Shown: positions 11,901 to 22,849 of the stretch, piece by piece
Layout of the letters: each line of letters begins with the position of its first letter
Numbering within the stretch: position 1 is the first letter of the stretch
NCBI GenBank assembly: GCA_010909165.1
Contig: MU008154.1
Coordinates: 1,291,478 to 1,355,477, forward strand
Length of the DNA: 64,000 nucleotides
Origin: Anthoceros angustus
Taxonomy: Eukaryota > Plantae > Anthocerotophyta
Reading direction: 5' to 3'
Program-made: the position numbers and the translations under genes
The notes under the pieces: generated by a model
The model's database searches: none
Seen by the model: only the letters and a program-made list of their open reading frames with translations
Told to the model about the DNA's origin: nothing

Positions 11901-14050
11901 CGATCGTGTCCTTACTCCAGTGTCGCTACCGTCCTTCCCTCACCTTGGATCCCAGTCCGGCAAGTGTATCTCCTTCCGTCCAGTGTAGTTTTGTCGCGAG
12001 GCCCGGCCAAGGCCGCTAGCGGGACCTCATACCCCGGTCGGAGGTCGATGACGAAATCTAATGTATAGGGGCTCCGCTATGGTGGCTTGGACTCGGACAA
12101 CTCCCTGCTGGCGCTCGCCCATGTCCGCCATCACGAGGGTTTTGGTGGATGGCTCGAAGGTGGTGAACCCGGCCGTCTTGCGGTGGCCTCGGTGATGAGG
12201 TTCACTCGACCCGTGTCTAGAGACGTTTTAATTACACACCCGCAATTTCCACTGCTGGCGCCCGAGTCCGTATGAGATCGACCCTTACCTCGTTCTTGCC
12301 CTTGGACCAAGGGTTCCGCGTGGTTGCGTTTCCACGATGGCCTTAGGACTTCCACCGATACCGGGTTGTCCTTTAACAAGCCTAAGGGACACCAAGTGTT
12401 GTTGGTCCATCATCAAGTCGGCCACCTTGAAAGGGCGGGTGGTTCTCCTGCCGCGTCACGCGTTCGCCTTGTCTCCTCCGCGTTTGGCTTTGCTGTGGTG
12501 GCGGACTACAGGTCTGTCGGAGTTCTTCTTGAAGCATCTCGGTCACCGAACCACATCCGGTGGAAGGCGTTGGTGAGTCCTTCTCGGAGACTCCGGTGGC
12601 TTTTGGGTTTCTTCTCTGGCGGCGGCCGGTTAACTCGTCCTCTTTGGCGGGTTCGGCTTCCTTCAGCGGGTGTTCCGTCCTCCGTATCCGTGGGACTATC
12701 CTCATTTCTTCCTCTTAAGTCGTTCCTTCCTTCGCTCCTTGACTCGGGTTGACACTTCCGGTACCTCGGTCCGCCTTCTTCTCCTTGGCGAACTTGCCCG
12801 TACCACCTCGTTCGAGCTCCTCGGTGCCTCCTCCCTCCGCCCGGTTGTCGTCTTCAATTTATATACAGGCCTTAGGAGGGCGTGGTGGTCTTGGCTCCCC
12901 GGAGGGTTGCGTGGCGCACCGTCCTCGGCGAGGATTCGGACCACAGTCTTGCGCATGTGCCCGCTTACAATCTCCACCACGGCGTTCAAAGTACCTTATG
13001 CGGTGGGGTATGGGCAGGCGTTGGAGTAGTGTCGGGGTTCCACAGTTCAACACCGCCGCCACGAGAATTCTGGAGGGGCTCCCATGCGGTGCATCGGAGG
13101 TCGATGCGCAGACGGACCCGGATACATCGTCACAGGATCTGGTCCGGTTGTGCTTCTTGCACTTGGTATATCCTCCATTCCTCGGACTCTTCCCGTAGTC
13201 GTACTCCACGGTTCAGTGCGGAGGCGATTGGCCTTGAATGCCCATGTTGGTGACACACCGCACACCAGATGAGTCGGACCGTGGTGGCCGCCTTGCCGCT
13301 CTTTATCCTTCACGGTTGATCGTCAACTCCTCCACCTCTTCATTACCGTTCTAGATCTTCCCTCGGCCCGCTACTTCCTTCAAAGGAGCTGGGTGGACCT
13401 CTGCCGTCGGGCATCATGACCTCCTTCTTTTCCACCCTCGTCGACTACGGGCTTCTTCTTCTTTTTTTTTCGGGGTTCTTCTTCTTCCAACCTCCTCAGT
13501 TCTTCTCAGTCCTCTTCCTCTTCCTCCTGACCTCGGTCTCATCATCCTCCTCGTCAGGGTTCTTCATCTTGATCCAGGCCCGTTTCTTCTTTTTCTTCTT
13601 TCCTCCTGGAGAGTCCTCGGCCGTCGTTGGTGCATCGATTCTTCATAGTTCTCCGCCGGACCGCCTTGCTCACATCTTTCTCGCCAGCGGCCGTGCTTAG
13701 CCATTGGCTTGGATAAGCCAGTGCGAACCAACGTCGCTTTGCATGGTAGTGGTGGGTGCGGTCCGCGGAGCGTAGAGCGTTCGATGTCGATCCCAACTTC
13801 TCCGTCTTTCCTCGCTTGTTCTCGAGTTTGGACAAGACATAGCCTTCTTGATCGATTCGCGGAATCTTTCTAAGAAGGCATCCTTCAATCTTGAAGGTTG
13901 CGAGTGCGTTACAGGCGGTCGGTATTTCCTCCGATACCAGCAGCGGCCCCGCGGGACCCTTGGAACGGTGAATGATTGCGCGTCCGAACCTTCTCCGTTG
14001 AAGTTTGCGGGACACAAAATCCTCCACGAAGGTTTACTCTCTCTTACCTC
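9000..14050 (-). pseudogene. gypsy gag-pol (frameshifted)
   Basis: gag LKDAFLERFR (~13860-13890); Zn knuckle WCAVCHQHGH (~13240-13268); RT RKLNAATK, FPMPFVDDI and FMEVFLDD (~10950-11240); RNase H YTTTEREAL..FYVDH (~10375-10470); integrase GID..LWVE..DRGTHFLND (~9560-9750). Confidence 0.9.
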
Positions 14051-14272
14051 CAAAGAGAATCGCTTGCTTGGTCGACGTTGTTGCCATCGCCGCGCGGTGT
14101 AAGGGATGAGGAACCGCCCCTTACCGCGACTGCGTCCTCCTCTCGATCACAACTCCACCACACTTACACGGTTGGTGTCCTCGCCTCGAGCTCGTCGTCT
14201 CTCACTGCGCGGCGCTCGGGCTCTGGCGATCCACGTAACTTCCCCCTCCGTCCTCCACGCATCCGGCTACGG

Positions 14273-14290
14273 CGATTTCATTCCCAGCCA
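14273..14290 (-). other. Primer-binding-site-like sequence
   Basis: Minus strand reads LTR-end CA, then TTT, then TGGCTGGGAATGAAATCG. The priming tRNA cannot be assigned by eye. Confidence 0.55.
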
Positions 14291-14293
14291 AAA

Positions 14294-17200
14294 TGTGCGC
14301 GACTTTCTGATAGATGGCGCACAATCCGTGTCGTTGTAGGAAGAAGTCCGTTCCCAAAGGAATGATAGGCTCCGTTTGCGTTTGGTGATTCCTCGTCTTG
14401 CGCTCGTTCTCACACACATACTCTAACTACTCACAACGTTCACCGTACGGGCCGGTATGGCCAAGCGTTTAAGGACCGTTCGCGTCCGTATCGTTCACAT
14501 CGTCCCTCACATCGTCCTTTCCTCTCTCCCTCACGCTACACTCCTCGGTCTTAGAAAAAGGCCTTACCAGGACCTCCTCGTCGTTCCGGGCCTCTCGTCC
14601 GGGCTCTGCCGCCCTCCGGAGTTCCTCCGGCTCACGTTCAGTCCGTTCGGTCGGCGCGGCTCGGGCGAGCAGGTCCGATCACCCTTCACACACCACAACG
14701 TTAGGTCCGTCACGGGACCGATCAATCTCCCGGGCGCCGTGCAGCTCGGTGACTCGGGACTCACGTTAGCAGAAGACACACAAAGTGCGCAGCGGCATCA
14801 ACACCAAGAGAAGATGATTTATTGAGCGGCCCTCTTATACTCGCCGAAGGTCGGCGCCTTTATTACCTCTATTACGGTGAGGCCATTTCGGGGTACCCTA
14901 ACGCCTACTACCCTCCTATTCCACTATCGCGTCGGTGGTGATAGCCTCATTCCTTCTTGGCACGGCCGGCCACATCTGCAGGCGCACCAATCGGATGATC
15001 GCGGGGCCCTTCCTCTTCCGGTCTGTCGGTGCGCCACCGGCGGCGACAACAGCGGTCACCACCAAGTCCTCCTCGTCCTCCCTCTTCTCTCTCCCGGGCC
15101 CTGCGTGGGCCCTCAAGGGTTGGATCTGCAGGGTTGGTGATGGCTCTCCCCACTCCCAGTTTGGACCTCGGGACCTGTCTCGACTCGAGTCCGGACCTCT
15201 AGGTCGGTCTTCCCTGGGGTCCGGTCTGCGGCCTTCTTTGAGTCGGTCCTCGGGGCCGGGGTGCCTGGTCGGTCTTGGACCCAACCTTCCACAGGGTCGG
15301 ACCTCGGGGCCGGATCACTGAGTCTGGATCCCTAAGTCCGACTTCCTTGGGGCGGACCTCGGGTCCGGCCTTTCCTCAGTCCGGACAAAGTCCGACCTCG
15401 TGCTCCCGGGCATGCCTCCTCGGCTAGCCAGGGTTCATCCTGAGCCCTCCCTTGGTTCCCGAATGCCGGTTGCCCCTTCCTTCAAGATCCTCCCTCGTCC
15501 TTCCATGCGAGGGTCAGGCTTACCTCGGTGTGGCGCCCCTTCCTCCTCCGGTTCCTCCCTGCTCTCGCCCTTGGCTGCTGCCGTCGTCAAGCAGGCGCTC
15601 CTAGGACTCCAGCGGTTGTCGTCCCCGGTCCGTCCTCCCTCGCTCCTCCTTGATCCCTTGGAGTCCACCCTCACTGGGGTGGCGCGGGACCTCGAGCCTT
15701 GAGGGCTCTGCGTGGTAGTAGGCGGTCATCGACTTGAATCGCCTCCTCCACGCCGGGAGCACCGTACTCCCTCCTCCAGGTGCTCCGTGAGGCGGTCGCC
15801 CACCGCGTCTCGTGGCCAAGCTCCGTGTGGCGGGCGGACTCCCTTGAGGCCGTCAAGGCTGCCTCGTTACCTCTTGCAACCTTGGCTCGGCGTTCTCCTC
15901 CTCCGTTGTTGTTTGACTCGCATTTGGGCCATGGGTGAGCTCCTCACTTCCTGGGGACGGTACCTTTTCCTCCGATTTCTTCCTCCTTCTTCTTTCTCGG
16001 AGGTCCTCCACTTCCTTCTCAGGCGGGCGGTATCCCGTCAGGCTCACGGCTTGCCACGTCCTGCGCAACTTGCGGCGTCGAACTCCTTGCCGCTTCTCCT
16101 CCGTCTTCAAGCGGGCTGGGCGTTCACCTCTCGCTCGAAGTCTTGGATTCTCTCGTTGAGAACCCCTGCTCCGTGCATCTTGGGTTGCAACTCCAAGGTG
16201 TCCTTGTTGTCCTCCGGCTCCTGCCCGCCCTTCTACCTCCTGCACCACAGGGTCCCCAATCTCCCGGGTGGCCTCAGCCTCCTCACGGCTCGGCCGTGCT
16301 TGCTCCATGACCACTTGCTCGGCCTTGATTGGCGCGGCTCTCTCGGCCCTCTCCCGGTTCCGATCAAAGTAGTGATCGCGATCGGCCGCCGTGGCCTCCG
16401 CCTCCTTGGCCACCTTCACGAGCCTCTCGGCTTGGCTCGTCGGGCTGCCTCGCGAGATCCGCGCCCGTTGCTTGCGGGCGTCCTCGCTTCCTGCGCTCGC
16501 CCCTCTGCGGTCCTCCGCCGCGCTTGGGCCTCCTTGGCACTTGCTTGTTCCTCGGTGAAGGAATTTGGTCCGGTCCTTGCGGATGGACGGACCTCCCCTC
16601 TCCGCCTCCGGCGTTTTCCTTCCTCAATCCTGCCGAGGCTTGGCCTTCCTTCTCGCCTCTGGGCTCCCTCCAGCTGCTCACGGAGGCACCATGCGCCTCG
16701 GGTGGCTTCCACCTCACAGGCCTTCTCGGCCATCCCTTGAGACCCCAGGCATACCGTCCATGGCGGTAGCAGGACCGCCGTGTTTCCTCCACGGCCTGCA
16801 GTGAGGCTCCCACAAAGTCCGTGCGGGGCCGGCATCTCCGTCGTCGAGGACCTCCATACGCATGATCCGGAGCAAGTCGGGGGTTCTCGGACAATCGGGA
16901 CCCTTAGGTCACGAGTCTTGGCTCGGAGCTTCCCCTCCTTGGCCAGCGCGAGCTCCTTCTCCGCCCTTTTCTCCAGGGCTCGGCGGAGGTGATGGAGTCA
17001 GGGAGCACGCCCTTGCCCCTTCATCGGCGGCAGGACCCGGCTCGGATCGGGCTGCTTGCCGGTGTCCTCCGCTCCACAGGCGGTCCCTTCGCCTCCTTCG
17101 CTTCCTCCGCTTCTTGCCACTCAGGTCGGCGGGGAAGATCTTGGCACCGGCCCAGGTGCAGCGTTGGTAGCCGTGGTCTTGCGTCTCTTGGCTCTCTCAC

Positions 17201-18700
17201 AGTCAGCGGGGCTCCTCGGAGTGGCCGGTGGCGGGGCTGGGGCAGGGCTTCTGTGTTGTGGTTGGGGCACGGAAGGAGGGCGTGCTTCCCATACTTCCAC
17301 AGGTGGTGAGGGGTCCGTTCAGGCGTATGGAGTCAGGAATCCTCGATCGTCCTCCTCCAGTCCGTTTGGTTTTGTCGTGGCCTCCTCCCTCACGGCGCCC
17401 TTGCCGCTCCACTTGGGAGGCCTCGGTCCTTTCCGGGCGCTCGCTCAAGCTCTCCTTCCTTGAGGGGTTGAAATGCCCCATACATGGATCGGTATGGGGC
17501 GGATGGCGAGGCTTCTCGGCTCCCAGGCTTGCGAGCTTCAGCTAAGCAGGCGAAGATAATCCTTCCCGATCGCCCTCTTCCCCGGCTGCGTGCGGGAACA
17601 CTAATAGATTATCACCAAGGTGATCCACCTTGGTGAGTAGGTTCGATGGGCGATGATCGGGCCACCGCCCGGCTCATCCAGCGGTCGGATATCGACCAAC
17701 CGTTGGTGGTCGTTGCGTCCGCCTTAACGCTGCGTGGCGGACCTATCTTCCCTTCGCCTTGAGGGGCTCGGCACCCTCCCCTCTTCCTCCTTGGGCGGTT
17801 GTAGGCCGCCTTGGGACCTCAAGGTCCATCGCCTTGGGTCCTCTCGGAGGTTCTTGGACCGCACCTCCTTGTTGACCGCCCGCATCTTCGGGCAAACTCC
17901 CGGACGGTGACCTGTCAAATGTCCGGACCATTTGGAACACGTCCAAATGCCACTCCACCAATTCCCCGCTTCCTGGGCGAGCCCAAAGTCCGGATAGCGC
18001 CGGTCACAATGTTGCGCCCACAAGGTTCCATGGCTCCCAAACTTCCGCTGGCTTTTGGGTGCCATCGCCTTCTCCTCGTTGCCGCTTGTCAAGACCGGGC
18101 ACGCTGAGCCTCCTTCGCTGCCGCCTCCGACCTCAGCGGTGAGCCGACAAGACGCCCGAGTGTCCCACGAGATACCGCCAGAGAGCCGGATCATGGAGCG
18201 CAAGAGATCGCGAGAATTGTCTCGAGGTCGCAATAAATGACCTTCTTCCGCGACCACGCCGGAGTAACTCGCTGAGGGCGCTTCCCCGTCTGAATCGCCG
18301 AGGTCTGCATGGCTTACTCGCGCTACGCCACAGACTGCCTTACTCCGCCACAGACTGCCCCACGCTGCCATGGGCGTGAATACCGCTATAACGGCTCTGC
18401 AAGGTTACGGCCCGACTCACGATGCCCGCCCTCCACCTGTGGTCGCCCACGTGGCGTCGCCCGGTCAGTCCTTACGCTCCAACTTCTAAGTTACCTTCGC
18501 GATTTATCCCGCCTCGTCCCGGAGTGGGTCCGGACTTACCCTGCCGCCATCGAGGTCTAAGCACGCCTCACTCCGAGTCGAGTATACTCGAGTGCCGTCC
18601 GAGTGCTAACCGGCTTATTTCCTCCTTTTTCGCCTCATTTTATCCTTCGCCTCCACAAAAAACAAAATCCTACCTAACCCCTGTGGAAGTCCGTAGTCCA
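14294..18700 (-). repeat. 5' LTR of the gypsy element
   Basis: Homology with 4530-8945 runs from tgtgcgcgactttc (14294) to ...agtcca (18700). Confidence 0.85.
15430..18065 (-). pseudogene. Long ORF embedded in the 5' LTR (second copy)
   Basis: ATG at 18065 (EEKAMAPKS...). Same peptide blocks as 5780-8342, e.g. track ORF 15853..16419. Confidence 0.6.
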
Positions 18701-18989
18701 TGTGAACACATGTGGTCGCGCATACCTTGAGACACATTCAGCAGGTGGACAAGGGGTACTTAGTCCCTGAAATTGTCATTTGTCCCACCGTTAATTCAGG
18801 TAATAATGATAATGATGTATGGTATATACGTTTCTGTGGGAAAAAAAATCCACAAATTTCTCCTCCCAAAAAACGTATTGTAGAACAAAATTGAGATCAA
18901 TTTGACAATATTTAAGCATAAAACATATTCCACAAAACTCCAACATGCCAACTAGGGACGGTTTTCGCATTTCCACAAGTTGTGGTCAC

Positions 18990-21900
18990 CATACTGTGCT
19001 TTCAGCCATCACCAATATCCTTAAAGAGTGCAAGCTTTGGGGCTACGTCGGTGGCGTCGGGACCCCACCTGTCCCTATTCAACTTCCTACAAATGGGACA
19101 CAAGCCGAGAAGGATGACTGGGAGGACAAGAACCAACAAGCCCGTAATGTTATCATGCAAAGCATGAAGCAAGGAATCTTACAACAACTGGAAGGGATAG
19201 AAACAACGGCTCAAGCGTGGAACTAACTCCACGAGAAATACGATGCAAGTCACATAATGCATACAATTCACACAATCAAGAGCTACCTTGGATTGCGCAT
19301 GGCCGAAGGTGACCACGTGGATCACCACGCCATGATATTTCGCAGCTGGACAGTAAAATTCCTGGCTCTAGGGTTCAACATCCCCGAAAATCTCCTCGCA
19401 GCAATCCTACTCTCAACACTACTAGAATCATGGGTCAGTGTTGTACAAAGCCTCCAAGGCGTCCAACCACTAATAGTAAATAAGGTGCTCAGCGCAATGC
19501 TCTTCGAGGAAGGGCATCAAAAAGTATTCGCCTACAACGGAGAAGCCTCCTCCAGTGCTTTCTTCATGGGCAGAGGCAAAAACAGAGGCCGGGGAAGAGG
19601 CAATTTCAAAGGCAACTCCAGAGGGGGTCCTCATACCAGCCATGGACGGGGAGCACACAACCCCTCTTGGAAGCCAATCTGCGGGTACTGTAAAATACCT
19701 GGTCATACTTACAAGGAATGCCGTAAAAGATTATCCTCTAACTACTCCCACAGACAAGAACAATCTGGCCAACTGTCCCTCACAATGCAGAGGCACTCCA
19801 AGGCTTTCACAACCCAAACTAGCTACGCACCTCAATGTACTAGCACTCAACCCTCAGCCCTAGTTGCCTCCTGCCTATCAGCTCAAGGAGCACACACCTG
19901 GTACATAGATTTCGGGGCATCCCAGCATATGACCCCTCATAAGGAGTACTTCAAACAAATCACACCTGCAGCACCACCACACTTTGTCAGCCTAGGTGAC
20001 GACTCCAAACACACCATAATAGGACATGGTTCAGTGGATTTAAATGTCCAACCTCACTCAACTCTGCAGATCTCAAATGTTTTGCTAGTACCAGGACTTA
20101 CCAAAATTTTGTTTTCGGTCTGCAAAGTAGATTAGGCAAGTTGCTACGTTTGCTTTGGAGACAGCCACTGCGTCATAGAGACTCCTCAAGGCGATCTAAT
20201 CGCCACAAGTGACCTGAAAAACGATTATCTCTATCATCTTAGAGTCACCCACCCTTCCTCCCTATCAGCAGCTACACATACACAACACCAGACCTATCTA
20301 TGGCATGCCCATTTGGGGCATATGAATATGCAAAGGATGACGGACATGATCAAGACACAAGCTGCTCATGGCATCTCACTTACAAAAGTCGAAGATTTCG
20401 GGATTTGCGAAGCCTGCTCACTTGGCAAGAGCCATCGCTCTCCATTTCCCAAAACATCTACAACACGAGCAACAAAAAGGCTTCAACTAGTGCACTCATA
20501 TCTGTGTGGCCCATTCAACCGCTCTCTATTCGGGTACTCTTACTTTATGTTGATCATTGACGATTTTACTCGTTTTACCATCATATACCTACTCAAGACC
20601 AAACCTCAAGCATTCACATGTTTTAAAGAGTACAAGACTTGGGCAGAGAAGCAGACAGGCGACACCTTACTCTGCCTTCGTTCTGATGGAGGCGGTGAAT
20701 ATGGGTCAACCCAGTTCATATAGTTCTGCAAGGACCACGGCATCAACAGACTAGTCACCACTCCACATACTTCTCAGCAGAATGGAGTGTCTAAAAGGAT
20801 GAACCGCACAATTCAGAATTGCGGGCTATAAATGCTCCACTACCCAAAAGCCACTGGCCAGAGGCTATGCAACACGCAGTTTATATCACCAATCGTACCC
20901 TTACCTCATCACTACCCCAAGGGACCCCATACGAAGCTTGGACAGGAACCAAACCCGACCTCTCTTCTCTACGACTGTTCGACGCTCCTGTATATGCACA
21001 TACACCCTAGGCCGTTAGGAAGAAACTCGACGACAAAGCACAGAAATATCTGTTCATCGGGCTCACAGGTGGAGTCCAAGGATACAAGATAATCCACCCT
21101 TGCGGATTTCACCTTCACAAGGAAGGGATTTCATGGATTTTTAATAGGTGCTAGGAATCCTAAACACCTCTTTTGCAGGCGATAGTACTTCCTAGCAAGG
21201 TGAGCAGGTGCAAACCAAACCAAACTAGCCAACAAAGAAAGCTGCGGCGGACGTCCGGCGCGCAACGCAAAAGAAGCAATTCGCAAGCGAAAACAAGCTG
21301 GCGGACGTCCGGTGCAATTGTGAGAGAACATGAATTGATAGCCTGATCATGCCCATCTCGAGAGGAACAAATTATGACTCTAGAAAGTAGCGCTGGACTT
21401 CTGGTTACCCACTCCCGCGATGTCACATTCCTTAAGGACATGCAAGGCCAGCCAGTGGGAGCACCACCGTCTGCAGACAGCGACGATGATGATACTTCCG
21501 TCGACCTCTCTACTCCCGCTGCATCAGGCCACCCTCCCCCACACCCTCCCCCACACCCTCTGGCACAACCTCACAGCAGCCCACCTCTGCAACTAGGCAC
21601 TCCGCACTTTCATGACGGACAACCTGCCTGTGGCCCATGACCCCATCTATCCTCTTCGGTGATTTTGATGAAGACCGCAACCTCGTCTCCCCTGCCTCCG
21701 CACCCTCGGGCTCCAGCTCCGGCCAAAGCCCTCGGCTTGAGAGGGGGACAAGCAAGCTCGATGGTGCACTGACAGATCAAGACGACAGCTTCACCGATGC
21801 AATCCACCTCCTCACACCTACAGACCAGCATGGAGACACACACAATGGACATCAATCAGGCGCGCATCCAACAACATCCGGCTCACGGGCATACACGTGC

Positions 21901-22465
21901 AGACATGCTCGGTAGGTAGGAGGAATGCAGTATCTGGATAGACCAGTAGGCGCTCCACATGGTCCCCTCAGCAACGGCTCAAACGCGGGTAGGCGCGCCC
22001 CATCACAAGGCGCTCGCGGCGAAGGCATGCCCACGGACACGCCCTCATCGCGCATAGGACCCGCAACAGCCTCCTACGGCCTTACACCCTCGGGAGCGCA
22101 CCCTCACGCCCATCAAGAACAGGCAGATAGGAGCATCCTCGGTCAACCATTCGGCACACACGCGCGGGGCGACCTTCGGCCTCACAACTTAACTCCCGAC
22201 CACATAAAGCCGTTAACACAAGAGGCCGACATCCTCAACGACATAATGCAGGTAAAATAAATAGATATTCTCCCACTAACTGGCGGGGCCTTAATGCAGC
22301 CATAGACCAGTTTGTTCCCGCCATTTACCAGGAGGCCATCACTTGCACATAGAAGGAACATTGGAAGCAAGCCATAAGGTCAGAATTAGAATCTCTAAAA
22401 GAAAATAAAACCTAGACACTAACTACTTTACCTAGAAAACTAGTGGGTTTTAAATAGACCTTTAA
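18990..22465 (+). pseudogene. copia gag, protease, integrase and start of RT
   Basis: NILKECKLWGYV; CGYCKIPGHTYKEC; WYIDFGASQHMT; LWHAHLGH; LVHSYLCGP..IIDDFTRFT..LRSDGGGEY; SRDVTF; WKQAIRSELESLKENKT*...K*TFK. Confidence 0.9.
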
Positions 22466-22849
22466 GAACAGACTCCGCGCAATATCGGCGGATTCTTGAA
22501 AGCCTCTTTTGCGCTTTGGGCGGAGGTTGCCACCCCTTTCTCATATCAAGCAAAACACGTGTTTTTAAAAGAGATGTGCTGAATGGCAGGTTCCACTTAG
22601 AACAATGTAAGTATTATCGAGGTTTTTTTCCAGGTATGCACACTTTTGTTTGGTCGCGGTCGTCCGGCACCTTCCGAGACTTACTGGGGAAAGGCGGTGC
22701 GGCACTATGGGTCCAAAACACGTAATATGCATTCAAATCAAAGTCGGGCATTTTCCACGAAGGGTCAAAACGGAATTATACGGTCAACCGGACGAGCCCC
22801 TCATCTACAAGTCACAGCTACCCAAAGGGTCATCTACTTCAACCAAATT

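Larger units (their letters stand above)
4530..18700 (-). mobile_element. Full-length Ty3/gypsy LTR retrotransposon (non-chromovirus, Athila/Tat-like group) with ~4.4-kb LTRs
   Basis: Direct repeats at 4530-8945 and 14294-18700, a PPT and a PBS-like site at the inner LTR edges, and gag-RT-RNaseH-integrase order on the minus strand. No TSD could be resolved. Confidence 0.9.

Noticed and set aside
12256-12265. TGGCGCCCGA, a tRNA-Lys-type PBS motif
   Set aside because: It is on the wrong strand, lies inside gag-pol and is not adjacent to an LTR end.
1-18700. DIRS/Ngaro-type split or inverted terminal repeats
   Set aside because: A DDE integrase, PPT and TG..CA direct LTRs are present and no tyrosine recombinase is seen. 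The inverted copies at 1-3200 are a separate related element.
4530-18700. Dating the insertion from LTR-LTR divergence
   Set aside because: Differences are dominated by scattered small indels typical of sequencing or consensus error.
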